53,449 nt of DNA from positions 1 through 53,449 of the forward strand of contig DAOOWV010000003.1 of assembly GCA_035371485.1 (NCBI GenBank), in the 5' to 3' direction. This DNA is from Candidatus Dojkabacteria bacterium. Its GTDB lineage: Bacteria > Patescibacteriota > Dojkabacteria > JAFGLO01. How positions within the stretch are numbered: position 1 is the first letter of the stretch; each line of letters starts with the position of its first letter. The notes under the pieces were generated by a model. The model worked only from the letters and a program-made list of their open reading frames with translations, made no database searches and had not been told where the DNA came from. Made by a program: the position numbers and the translations under genes. Of the stretch, positions 41,858-51,946 are shown in pieces.

Positions 41858-42643
41858 ATGATAAAATTTGTTATTGCTAACCAAAAAGGTGGTGTTGGAA
41901 AAACAACTACAGCTATAAATCTTGGAGCATATCTTGCAAAAGAAGGATATTCAGTATTGTTAGTTGACCTGGATCCACAAGCCAATCTTACCTCAGGAAT
42001 TGGTTATGAAAGAAAATCCAATAGTGAGCAGGAAATTTATCCTAACGTCTATGATGTAATGGTTGATGGCAAGAAAATTTCTGAAATATTTTCCCCAACT
42101 CGCAATGAAAAATTGTACGTTGTTCCATCACATCTGTCACTAGCAGGAGCAGAAGTTGAAATGATAAATCTGTTATCAAGAGAAAATATTTTGAAAAATG
42201 CTCTCGATACATTTACAGCTGTTGAAAAATTTGACTATGTAATTATTGACTCTCCCCCATCGTTAGGATTACTGACTATTAATGCGCTCGTAGCCTCTGA
42301 TCATGTCTTGGTTCCAATACAATGTGAATATTTTGCACTAGAAGGAATTGGACAGCTTTTTGAAACCATAAAGATGATTAAAAAAGTAAATCCAGACTTA
42401 GACATTGGTGGAATTATATTAACAATGTTTGACGCACGTACAAAACTTTCAGAACAAGTCGCAAACGAGATAAGAAGTCATTTACCTGATAAGGTTTTTA
42501 ATACAGTAATTCCACGAAATGTAAGGTTATCTGAGGCTCCATCGCATGGTAAATCAATTATGGATTATGATGAGAAGTCAACAGGAGCAATAACTTATCA
42601 CAAACTTGCAAAAGAAGTTATAAAAAGATTCCCTCCTAAATAA
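41858..42643 (+). CDS. parA: chromosome partitioning ATPase ParA/Soj
   Basis: Deviant Walker A NQKGGVGKTTTAINLGAYLA, plus LLVDLDPQANLT and IIDSPPSLG. Confidence 0.9.
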   Translation: MIKFVIANQKGGVGKTTTAINLGAYLAKEGYSVLLVDLDPQANLTSGIGYERKSNSEQEIYPNVYDVMVDGKKISEIFSPTRNEKLYVVPSHLSLAGAEVEMINLLSRENILKNALDTFTAVEKFDYVIIDSPPSLGLLTINALVASDHVLVPIQCEYFALEGIGQLFETIKMIKKVNPDLDIGGIILTMFDARTKLSEQVANEIRSHLPDKVFNTVIPRNVRLSEAPSHGKSIMDYDEKSTGAITYHKLAKEVIKRFPPK

Positions 42644-42658
42644 AATAATAATAGATAT

Positions 42659-43546
42659 ATGGAAATCACTGAAAAAAATGAAAATAAAAGATTGGGAAGA
42701 GGGTTAAGTGCACTATTATCACAACAAGCACAAGATAAATTATCAGATTCAAACTCATTGCAAATTTTGGAAATTGACATAAGAAAGATAAAACCCAATC
42801 CTTATCAACCAAGACAACAATTTGATCCTGAAAAACTTATTGAACTCGCTGATTCTATAAGATCTAAGGGTGTCTTCCAACCTTTGCTTGTAAAAAAAGA
42901 GGGTGATTTCTATATTTTGGTTTTTGGAGAACGAAGATTACGTGCAGCTAAAATTGCAGGTTTTGAAAAAATACCCGTTATGGTAAAGGAAATTGCTGAT
43001 TCTGATATGGTAGAAATGGCGGTACTGGAGAATATTCAAAGAGAAGATCTCTCACCAGTTGAAGAAGCAAATGCTTATGAACAACTAATGAAAGAACATG
43101 GAGTAAAAATCAAAGATCTGTCTAAAAAAATTGGAAAATCTATCCCATATATTTCTAATAAAACCAGACTACTTCAACTTTGTCCCGAAGTACTTAAAGC
43201 TTTGCAGGAAAAAGAAATAACTGAAGGACACGCAAGAGCTTTAATTCCTTTAGAGTCTAGATCTCTACAAAACCATGCATTACGATTGATTATTCGTGAT
43301 GAAATGAACGTGAGAATGGTAGAAAGATTGGTTAATAAACTTAAGCAAGCTGATAGCGAAGACGATATCGAAACCAAAAAAGTAATTCAATATGTTCTAT
43401 CTGCAAAAGCTAAGCAAATACAGAATAGTATTTCAAGTAAACTTAAACTCCCAACTCAAATAGTTCCTCTTAAAGAAGGAGGAAAAATTGTCATCAAATA
43501 CAAGTCTGATAAAGATTTAGATAGGATTATGAAAGGCATAGCCTAA
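42659..43546 (+). CDS. parB: chromosome partitioning protein ParB/Spo0J
   Basis: RLGRGLSALL, IRKIKPNPYQPRQQF, GVFQPLLV, and GERRLRAAKIAG (ParB box). Confidence 0.9.
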   Translation: MEITEKNENKRLGRGLSALLSQQAQDKLSDSNSLQILEIDIRKIKPNPYQPRQQFDPEKLIELADSIRSKGVFQPLLVKKEGDFYILVFGERRLRAAKIAGFEKIPVMVKEIADSDMVEMAVLENIQREDLSPVEEANAYEQLMKEHGVKIKDLSKKIGKSIPYISNKTRLLQLCPEVLKALQEKEITEGHARALIPLESRSLQNHALRLIIRDEMNVRMVERLVNKLKQADSEDDIETKKVIQYVLSAKAKQIQNSISSKLKLPTQIVPLKEGGKIVIKYKSDKDLDRIMKGIA

Positions 43547-43600
43547 TATTTCCTTACATGTTAAAAATTACGAAAACTTGCTTTCATAATCCCTATTTTA

Positions 43601-44398
43601 CTAGTTAATCTCAACTGAATTCGTTATTCCATCCATAAGTAACAAGGCTTCATTTAATTCCTCTGAATTTCTTTCAGGTGGAAGATAAAACATGTATGTA
43701 TCATTAGGAAAATACTCAGAGGCTTTGTAACTGTAGTATATGGTAAAAAAGTTATAACTAATTTCGTCGTACATCTCACCTTCGCCGAAGCCACTAATAT
43801 TTAAATTATTCGGGGAAACAACATATTGACTAAAATTCCAATACCATTTGTTATTATCCTTTTCATCCTCACCTGCCTTTTCATCAGGTATAGAACTCCC
43901 CTTTACATAGCTATTTACAATATAACCTTCATAAGAAGCCGGAGTTACAACCTGATTTTCTGAGTCAATTTCAATATTAGGTCTTATGGTAGCGTCAATA
44001 TAAAAGCCAGTTCCTCCACCAGTAAAAATAGGATCTGCACAAAGTTCCCAAAGATAATTACCATCTGTTACAACAATGAGATCATCCTGATCACCTTCTT
44101 CAATGTACCAACCTCTTGGATATTTAAAGGAGATCCCCCAGACATCATTATTATATTCACAAAAATCATTTTTACACGCATTGGAATTTTGGGAAAGAAT
44201 GTTTGTATCTTTATCATCATCACTTTGGGAATCAGTTTTGCTCTCATTATTTGAATTGTTATTGCTTGTAATCTCACCAGTATCTATTACCTTGGAATAT
44301 CTATATTTTCCATAAGGAAACCCAATAATAAGCCCACCAGCAAGAGTAAAAATAAAACCCAAGATTAATAAAGGCACAATTAATTTATTATCTTTCAT
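43601..44398 (-). CDS. hypothetical membrane-anchored extracytoplasmic protein
   Basis: N-terminal TM anchor (LIVPLLILGFIFTLAGGLIIGF), an Asn/Ser/Asp-rich linker, then an aromatic-rich domain. No family recognised. Confidence 0.55.
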   Translation of the reverse strand: MKDNKLIVPLLILGFIFTLAGGLIIGFPYGKYRYSKVIDTGEITSNNNSNNESKTDSQSDDDKDTNILSQNSNACKNDFCEYNNDVWGISFKYPRGWYIEEGDQDDLIVVTDGNYLWELCADPIFTGGGTGFYIDATIRPNIEIDSENQVVTPASYEGYIVNSYVKGSSIPDEKAGEDEKDNNKWYWNFSQYVVSPNNLNISGFGEGEMYDEISYNFFTIYYSYKASEYFPNDTYMFYLPPERNSEELNEALLLMDGITNSVEIN

Positions 44399-44591
44399 AT
44401 AATTTGGTATAAATTTATGTATTAAATAATTTAGTTTTTTGAAACAATGTTGTAGAATTAATTACTAATATTAAATTCTAAACAAAAATAAATCAACATC
44501 CTTGAAATATAAGTACAACTTAGTATACACTTTATCAAAATTTACTTTACTACATATATTAAATTAGCTAATTAATTTATAAGAAACCAAC

Positions 44592-45227
44592 GTGAATAAT
44601 CAAATTCTAGAGAAAATTATCGAAATATTAGCAAAAAAATATCCCAATCCACAAACACCCTTATTACACCGTAACTCATATGAATTGTTAATTGCCGTTA
44701 TTTTATCAGCTCAAATGACAGATAAAAGATTAAATACAATTACACCATTACTTTTTGAAAAATATCCAACTTTTTCATCCTTAGCAAATGCAAATATTGA
44801 GGATGTGCAAAAAATTATATCAGGTGTAAACTACTACAAAACTAAATCACAACATATTATCGAAGTATCAAAAACTATTAATTTAAAATATGATGATAAA
44901 ATTCCTGAGACTCTTGATAAGCTTATAGCTATGCCAGGAATCGGAAGGAAAACTGCAAATGTAATCTTAAATGAAGGACTCAACATTTCAGAAGGTATTG
45001 TCGTAGATACTCATGTAATAAGAGTATCCCAAAGACTTGGCTTTACAAATAATAAAACAGCACAAAAAATAGAAATTGACTTGATGAAAATTATTCCCAA
45101 ACAATATTGGCGAAATATATCTCTTTGGATGATATTTCACGGAAGAGAAACATGTGTCGCCAGAAAACCCAAGTGTGATGAATGTAAAATAAAGGATTAT
45201 TGTAATTACTATAGTAGTCTGAAATAG
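44592..45227 (+). CDS. nth: endonuclease III
   Basis: HhH-GPD motif LIAMPGIGRKTANVIL. [4Fe-4S] ligands C-x6-C-x2-C-x5-C in CVARKPKCDECKIKDYC. GTG start. Confidence 0.9.
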   Translation: MNNQILEKIIEILAKKYPNPQTPLLHRNSYELLIAVILSAQMTDKRLNTITPLLFEKYPTFSSLANANIEDVQKIISGVNYYKTKSQHIIEVSKTINLKYDDKIPETLDKLIAMPGIGRKTANVILNEGLNISEGIVVDTHVIRVSQRLGFTNNKTAQKIEIDLMKIIPKQYWRNISLWMIFHGRETCVARKPKCDECKIKDYCNYYSSLK

Positions 45228-45443
45228 TTGTAAGTAGACAGTAAGCGGGAGGAGGTAAAATACATACTACTTACTATATACCACATAGCATGTATTTCAA
45301 ACTGCAATATTAGTAATAATCTCCACGAAATTTCGTTCAATAATTTAAATTTCAAAATTTATAATTTACAATCTCATAGGGTTTGCATTATTGTAGGTTT
45401 TATATTATTATATAGTTGTTAAAATTACCTGCCCTTTACTGCC

Positions 45444-47237
45444 ATGAATGAAAATCAGATTCTGCAAAAATTAATCGAAAAACAGAAGATAACTTCTGAA
45501 GTTTTGTCTAATCTCAAAACTGAATCAGCTCAAACTGGGAAGAATGTCGATGTATTATTGATAGAAAAAGGCATAATAACAGAAATTGAGCTTGTGCAAA
45601 TAAAAGCTGAAATTTTCAATATTCCTTTTGTTGACTTATCACAAGTAACAGTAACTGATGAATCATTAGGTATGCTTCCTGTTGACACAATGAAGCGTTA
45701 CAAAATGATTGTGTTTGAAAAAGAGGGCTTTGTGATGAAAGTTGCGATGTCAGATCCATTTGATATTCAAGCAATTGGTTATGTGAAAAGTAAATACCCC
45801 AACTACAAAAGAATTGAAACTTACATTTCATCTCGGGAGCAGATATTTGAAATAATTGATAGAAAAAGTTCATCATTAATTGGTGAATCCATTGAGGAAA
45901 GTCTCTCGGATTATCAAGGAGAGGATATGGAGATTCAAGATTCAGGAGAAACTGTTGATGCTTCTGAAGCCAATTTATCCAACGCTCCAATTGCAAAGAT
46001 TGTTAATACAATTATCGAATTTGCAGCAAAGAACAAAAGCTCAGACATACATATTGAACCATTAGAGACCAAAACAAGGGTAAGATACAGAATACATGGT
46101 GTAATGATTGAAAAAATTTCTCTCCCTAAAAAGATCCATCAAGCGTTGGTTGCACGTATAAAAATAATGACCAAGACAATGAAGATTGATGTGAAACGTG
46201 CCCCACAAGACGGTCGTATCCCTATGAAATATAAGGACAGAGTCTTTGACCTTCGTGTTTCATCGCTTCCAACAGTTTATGGTGAAAAAATTGTTATGCG
46301 TTTACTTGAAAGAGGAGGCAAAATTCCTGCCTTAGAAAATAGTGGTTTAAGAGGACCAGGATTTAAAGTTTACTTGGATGCAATTACTTCTACTGTTGGT
46401 ATAATTTTAATTACAGGACCAACAGGATCAGGTAAAACACAAACATTAGCAAGCACACTTTTAAGAATCAATGATCCCAAAGTTAATATAATAACTTTGG
46501 AAGATCCTGTGGAAATAAGAATTGATGGAGTAAATCAAGTTCAGGTTAATCCACAAGCAGGTTTAACATTTGCAAAAGGATTGAGGTCAATTCTTCGACA
46601 GGACCCAGATATTGTTTTGATTGGAGAAATTCGAGATACCGAAACAGCTCAACTTGCAGTACAGGCATCATTAACAGGACATCTTGTACTTGCAACATTG
46701 CATACAAATAATGCATCCTCTGCCCTTCCAAGACTTGTTGATATGGGTATGGAAAATTATCTTTTAGCATCAACAATTAAAGCAATTGTTGCCCAAAGGC
46801 TCGTAAGAACAATTTGTCCTGACTGTATTACTGCGTTACCCCTTACTAAAGAAATAATCTCTGATATTAATACAACTCTTGGAAATATTGAAGGATTCAA
46901 CACAGAAAGTTATCTAGAAGCAAAGTGTAAACAAGGTAATCTTCCAGCATATTACAAATGTCCCGAAGTTATTAATGGCGAAAAGACATATTATACCTAT
47001 AAGGGAAATGGATGTTCAAAGTGTAATGGTACTGGTTATGCAGGTAGAATTGGTATTTTTGAGGTATTAGGAATGAATGAATCAATTGGAAGACTTTTAA
47101 TGAAAAACAAACCCTCTAGCGAGATTGAAGCAGAGGCTGTAAGACATGGGATGATTACAATGGTACAAGATGGATATATTAAAGCACTTGATGGAATAAC
47201 AACAATTGAGGAAGTTATGAGAGTTATTAATACATAA
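45444..47237 (+). CDS. pilB: type IV pilus assembly ATPase PilB (GspE family)
   Basis: N-terminal T2SSE_N-like domain, Walker A GPTGSGKTQT, LATLHTNNA, and tetracysteine CPDC...CSKCNGTGY. Confidence 0.85.
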   Translation: MNENQILQKLIEKQKITSEVLSNLKTESAQTGKNVDVLLIEKGIITEIELVQIKAEIFNIPFVDLSQVTVTDESLGMLPVDTMKRYKMIVFEKEGFVMKVAMSDPFDIQAIGYVKSKYPNYKRIETYISSREQIFEIIDRKSSSLIGESIEESLSDYQGEDMEIQDSGETVDASEANLSNAPIAKIVNTIIEFAAKNKSSDIHIEPLETKTRVRYRIHGVMIEKISLPKKIHQALVARIKIMTKTMKIDVKRAPQDGRIPMKYKDRVFDLRVSSLPTVYGEKIVMRLLERGGKIPALENSGLRGPGFKVYLDAITSTVGIILITGPTGSGKTQTLASTLLRINDPKVNIITLEDPVEIRIDGVNQVQVNPQAGLTFAKGLRSILRQDPDIVLIGEIRDTETAQLAVQASLTGHLVLATLHTNNASSALPRLVDMGMENYLLASTIKAIVAQRLVRTICPDCITALPLTKEIISDINTTLGNIEGFNTESYLEAKCKQGNLPAYYKCPEVINGEKTYYTYKGNGCSKCNGTGYAGRIGIFEVLGMNESIGRLLMKNKPSSEIEAEAVRHGMITMVQDGYIKALDGITTIEEVMRVINT

Positions 47238-47261
47238 AAAATTTAATTTAACTGCCAAAGT

Positions 47262-49058
47262 ATGAATATAAATGACCTACTAAACACAACTGGAGTTACA
47301 AGCCAACCAACCAATGTTGCAAAGAATCCCACTTCAACCCCACAACCACAATCTCAACAACCTATACCAACCGATCCAGTTACTTCCCAACCTCAAACGC
47401 CACCACAACCAAACGAAAAAGAAAGTATAGAAGAAGTAGACTCAAAGGAAAAAGATATAAAAATTGATGTTCCACTTTTGCCTCCTTTAGAAGATACAGA
47501 CAACACTAAGGATCTAACAACTCCACGACCCCAAACCACAATACCATCAAATGAACCAGAGAAGGTCATTACTAACACTGATATTTCCCTACCCCCATTA
47601 GAAAAAACTAACAAAAAAGAAGAGGTGACCCCACAGGAAAATGATACAAAAGTTGATGTTCCCCCTTTGCCTCCTTTGGAAAAAGCAGATGATGTTAAAG
47701 ATTCAACAATACCTCAACCAGAAATTGAGTCCCTTCCACAACCAATTGAAATGGACATCAACAATGAATCAACAAAAGATGTAACAACTACTGCACCAAC
47801 TGCAGATTTAACACCTCCTTTGCCCAACATACAGGAAAATAATACCAATATCCCAAATGAAAATATAGTTGGCCCAACTGCACAACCTTCTACCCCAACA
47901 GCTGGAGCAGGAGCATTGTCATTAGAAAATATGCAAAGCCAAATAGTATCGGGTAATAATGTATTGGAAAGTTCAGACATGTTAAATGCTACTAGTTCTG
48001 CATATCCTTATACAATGAAGCAACTTCTTGAGATTGTCGTTCAAAAAAATGCATCTGATTTACATATCGGAGCAAACTACCCAGCACTAATTCGTATTGA
48101 CGGAGAATTACAACCAGTTGGCACACAAATTATAACTCCAGAAATAGCCAAAGATCTTATTTTTTCGATACTGTCAGAAGAAAATAAAGAGGTAGCGGAG
48201 ATTAATAAAGAAGTTGATATTGCTTATGCATATGAGGATATTGCAAGGTTTCGTGTAAATGTCTATCATTCTACTGGAAGTATGTCAGCAGCACTACGAC
48301 TTATTCCCAATAAAATCAAAACTATGGAAGAGCTTAATCTTCCTAAAATTTATCAGAACTTTGTAAACTTAAAGCAAGGATTGATCTTAGTAACTGGACC
48401 TACTGGTCATGGTAAAAGCACAACACTAGCAGCAATTCTTAACGAAATCAATAAAAGTAAACCTTTACATATTATTACAATTGAAGATCCAGTTGAATAT
48501 GTTTATCCTGTTGGAAAAGCACTTGTTAATCAAAGAGAAATGAAACAAGATACCCATTCATGGGATATTGCATTAAAAAGTATATTACGTGAAGACCCTG
48601 ATGTTGTATTAGTCGGTGAAATGAGAGATTATGAGACAATTTCTGCGGCAATTACTATCGCAGAAACAGGACATCTAGTATTTGCAACGCTTCACACAAA
48701 TAGTGCTTCACAAACAATTGATCGTATTATTGATGTATTTCCAGAACACCAACAAGGACAAATTCGTACACAACTTGCTGTCGTTATTGAAGGAATCATT
48801 GCTCAAAGACTTGTAAAACTGAACGGTGGTGGAAGAAGAGCAGTATCTGAGGTTATGATGGGAACTGCTGCAGTCAGAAATATAATCAGAGAAGGAAAGA
48901 CTTATCAACTTGATAATGTCATAAGAACCAGTGGCGATGTGGGTATGATTTCAATTGAAAGATCACTCGTTGACCTGGTTAGAGAAGGACTTATTTCAGT
49001 TGAAGATGCACAACTAAATGCTATCAATCCTGAAGAAGTATTACGTCTGTTAAAATAG
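47262..49058 (+). CDS. pilT: PilT-type retraction ATPase with ~240-aa proline-rich N-terminal extension
   Basis: The C-terminal ~350 aa carry ASDLHIGANYPALIRIDGEL, RFRVNVYH, VTGPTGHGKSTTLAA, ITIEDPVEY, LREDPDVVLVGEMRD and ETGHLVFATLHTNSA. The N-terminus is Pro/Thr/Gln/Glu-rich with a ~63-aa duplicated unit. Confidence 0.85.
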   Translation: MNINDLLNTTGVTSQPTNVAKNPTSTPQPQSQQPIPTDPVTSQPQTPPQPNEKESIEEVDSKEKDIKIDVPLLPPLEDTDNTKDLTTPRPQTTIPSNEPEKVITNTDISLPPLEKTNKKEEVTPQENDTKVDVPPLPPLEKADDVKDSTIPQPEIESLPQPIEMDINNESTKDVTTTAPTADLTPPLPNIQENNTNIPNENIVGPTAQPSTPTAGAGALSLENMQSQIVSGNNVLESSDMLNATSSAYPYTMKQLLEIVVQKNASDLHIGANYPALIRIDGELQPVGTQIITPEIAKDLIFSILSEENKEVAEINKEVDIAYAYEDIARFRVNVYHSTGSMSAALRLIPNKIKTMEELNLPKIYQNFVNLKQGLILVTGPTGHGKSTTLAAILNEINKSKPLHIITIEDPVEYVYPVGKALVNQREMKQDTHSWDIALKSILREDPDVVLVGEMRDYETISAAITIAETGHLVFATLHTNSASQTIDRIIDVFPEHQQGQIRTQLAVVIEGIIAQRLVKLNGGGRRAVSEVMMGTAAVRNIIREGKTYQLDNVIRTSGDVGMISIERSLVDLVREGLISVEDAQLNAINPEEVLRLLK

Positions 49059-49081
49059 ACCTTAAATTTTTACAATAGTTT

Positions 49082-50302
49082 ATGAACCAATATTCATACA
49101 AAGTAATCGACAACCTTGGAGTCACTAAAAAAGGAACGGTTGAAGCTAAAACCAAAGATGATGCAGTACGTGTATTACAAAACGCAGATTTTAAAGTTAT
49201 TTCAATAGATGAAAAAGTAGCTCTTATCAATTCCGAGACCCTTAATAGTATAAATATTGGAGGAATACCACTTAAAGAAAAAGTAATTTTCATGAGACAG
49301 ATGGCAACTCTTCTTTCAGCTGGAATCTCACTATCAGGTGCTTTGGAAATACTCGAACAACAAATATTAAACTCTGGTTTTAAAAAAGCTGTTGGCAACG
49401 TAGCAAAACGTGTATCTGAAGGTATTCCGTTCTCAAAATCATTGGAAACAGAAGAAGGAGTGTTCGACAGTATCACCATCTCTTTAATTAGAGCGGGAGA
49501 AGAAAGTGGAAAGATGGAAGAAATTCTTCTTAAGCTTGCAGAAGAGTTAGAGAAAAAACAAGAATTTCAAGGAAAAGTAAAATCCGCGATGATCTATCCA
49601 ATAATAATGTTAATAGCTATAGTAGGAGTAGTTGCTGTAATGATGATTTTTATGGTACCAAAGATGGTTGAAATGTTTGCTGAATTTGGAGCAGGAGAAC
49701 TCCCTTTTTCTACAAGAATTGTCGTTGGGATAAGTAATTTTATTATTAAATATAAATTTATTATTCTGGCTTTAGTTATTGGTGGGGGTTTCGGTTTTAG
49801 ATATTATTACAACACAGATAATGGTAAAAAGGCATTTGATAGGATATTACTGAAAATTCCTATCTGGGGTAACTTTATTCAACAAGTGCAAGTAGCAAAT
49901 TATACAAGAACAATGGCATTACTCCTTAAAAGTGGAATGGACATTGTTGACATACTAAAATTAACTAGCAATGTCTTAAGTAATTACTGGTTTAAAAAGG
50001 GGTTACTTGATTCTGCAGAGGAAGTAAGTAAAGGAGTTCCATTAGCATTACCGATATCAAGAGTTGAATTTTTCCCTCCTTTGGTAAGCAGAATGATTGC
50101 TGTTGGTGAAGAAACTGGTAAGCTTGAGGTAGTTTTTGAAAAAATGTCCGAATATTATGATAGAGAAGTCAAGCAAATGACCGAGAACTTATCTGCAATG
50201 ATGGAGCCAATAATGTTAATTGTTATGGGTGTAATTGTCGGTTTCATTGCTTTTGCTGTTTATGGACCAATGTTTGAAATGTCTAGTGTAATTGGTGGAT
50301 GA
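49082..50302 (+). CDS. pilC: type IV pilus platform protein PilC (GspF family)
   Basis: Two T2SSF-like repeats (FMRQMATLLSAGISLSGALEIL; YTRTMALLLKSGMDIVDILKL) and hydrophobic helices at the expected positions. 406 aa. Confidence 0.85.
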   Translation: MNQYSYKVIDNLGVTKKGTVEAKTKDDAVRVLQNADFKVISIDEKVALINSETLNSINIGGIPLKEKVIFMRQMATLLSAGISLSGALEILEQQILNSGFKKAVGNVAKRVSEGIPFSKSLETEEGVFDSITISLIRAGEESGKMEEILLKLAEELEKKQEFQGKVKSAMIYPIIMLIAIVGVVAVMMIFMVPKMVEMFAEFGAGELPFSTRIVVGISNFIIKYKFIILALVIGGGFGFRYYYNTDNGKKAFDRILLKIPIWGNFIQQVQVANYTRTMALLLKSGMDIVDILKLTSNVLSNYWFKKGLLDSAEEVSKGVPLALPISRVEFFPPLVSRMIAVGEETGKLEVVFEKMSEYYDREVKQMTENLSAMMEPIMLIVMGVIVGFIAFAVYGPMFEMSSVIGG

Positions 50303-50395
50303 TCCTTTTAAATAACTAGATTAGTATTGCCCAAACGCCCCTTTTGTGATATAATAACCCAATCGTATTTTTATTTCTTCTAAAATTATATCAAT

Positions 50396-51946
50396 ATGGT
50401 AGAACCTTTAACGCCAGAAATACTAACTCAGGATACAATATCGAAATTTTCATGTTTATGTAAATATCAAAATATTATACCGGGAAATAACCCTGCTGAT
50501 GATGAACGTCTAGTTGAAAGATTAGTTTTATCAAGGAATGAAAAAGATCAATTACTAAAAGCAATTAATGGAGGTAGAGTAACAACAGATAAAATAACAT
50601 TAACTGAAGGTCAAATAAAAGTTATTACAAGCGAACAAATAGATCAAGAATTATTAGGGCCAAATAATCTACCTCAAGTTGCATTCATTCCTGTAGCAAG
50701 AACCAGGTCACAACATCTCAGATTACTAAAAAGCTATCAAACATTGTGTGTAATCAGTCAAACGAGGGGCATTGGAAATAGTGGTCCTTGGAGCCAAAGA
50801 ACAGTTCCGGAAATTGAGCTATCGAATATACCTGATTTCAGAGCAATTTTAAACGAGGATATTCCACAATCAGCTTATCAAAACGTTGGATCAAATATAA
50901 AGCTACCACATCAAAGACAAATTATTCTTCCACTGACTCTTTCAGCTGAAAGCCAAGCTAAATTATCAGTTTTCATTGCGCGATTTCAAGATCAAGAATT
51001 TGACCAATCCAGGATATCATTAACTTATAACGATATTGTCCAGGCAATGACAACTGAAGATCAAATAATTTTTCAGTTAGCATTCTGTGCGACAAATATA
51101 GCTGAATTGGTAGATATACTCCGATACTATTCACCCGCGTTTGGAGGTGATTTAGAACAAGGCAATTACCATAGATTTCTTTGTTATTTACTTTGTGATA
51201 CATTCACTGCGGACAATGCAACAGAAACATTAGAAAATGCAGTAGATATCAATCGAAGGAAAGTAGATATAATTTTAAGAGCGTTAACCTACATTAAAGA
51301 TCTAGAAGAGCCTAATAAAACACATAGTATTCTACCTGCAAAAGTGATAAGAGTTATTGACGGTATGGCTATGTTACTCTCTCCAGAAATGTATACCCCC
51401 GATAATAGATTATCGGAAAGAGGAAGATATGGTGGAAGAGCAACAATGTTTGCTAGAGAAACTATAAGAGCAGCTTATGAAAGAAAAGTAAATCAACAAG
51501 CAAGTGAAAAGACGAATGCTCATAGACTAAAACATTATGCTGGAAAGATGTTATACGAAATGGCAAAAGAAAAATTCGGTCAAGACTTCCAGGAAAAAGT
51601 TGCCAATATTGCAAATGGAATTAAACTTGGAATGCGAAAAGCAATAGCGCAACAAGCCGATTTTCCCCAGGAATTTACTTCGCTTTTTGAGTCAGAAAGA
51701 CCCTCCATGGTCAATTTCAAAGAAGCACTGGGATTACCAAGTAGACAAATTGCAAGTCAAAAAAGGGATATTTTTGTTATAAAATTAGGATTAGCACTAG
51801 CCCAAAAATTAGTAGATGAAAGATCAATGCCAGAAGCTGCAATGGTAATTGACATCATTACTAAATTATTTCGAGATCAAACAAAACTTGTTGACCTTCG
51901 ACAAATTGATCAGCTAAGACAAAGTATTGCTGGAAAAATAGCCTAA
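50396..51946 (+). CDS. hypothetical soluble protein (516 aa) downstream of pilBTC
   Basis: Long uninterrupted ORF, Gln/Arg/Leu-rich. No TM segment or motif recognised. Confidence 0.6.
   Translation: MVEPLTPEILTQDTISKFSCLCKYQNIIPGNNPADDERLVERLVLSRNEKDQLLKAINGGRVTTDKITLTEGQIKVITSEQIDQELLGPNNLPQVAFIPVARTRSQHLRLLKSYQTLCVISQTRGIGNSGPWSQRTVPEIELSNIPDFRAILNEDIPQSAYQNVGSNIKLPHQRQIILPLTLSAESQAKLSVFIARFQDQEFDQSRISLTYNDIVQAMTTEDQIIFQLAFCATNIAELVDILRYYSPAFGGDLEQGNYHRFLCYLLCDTFTADNATETLENAVDINRRKVDIILRALTYIKDLEEPNKTHSILPAKVIRVIDGMAMLLSPEMYTPDNRLSERGRYGGRATMFARETIRAAYERKVNQQASEKTNAHRLKHYAGKMLYEMAKEKFGQDFQEKVANIANGIKLGMRKAIAQQADFPQEFTSLFESERPSMVNFKEALGLPSRQIASQKRDIFVIKLGLALAQKLVDERSMPEAAMVIDIITKLFRDQTKLVDLRQIDQLRQSIAGKIA

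Noticed and set aside
45325-45336. 12-bp perfect palindrome ACGAAATTTCGT upstream of pilB as an operator
   Set aside because: AT-rich palindromes of this length are expected by chance several times in 53 kb of this composition. There is no second copy or supporting context.
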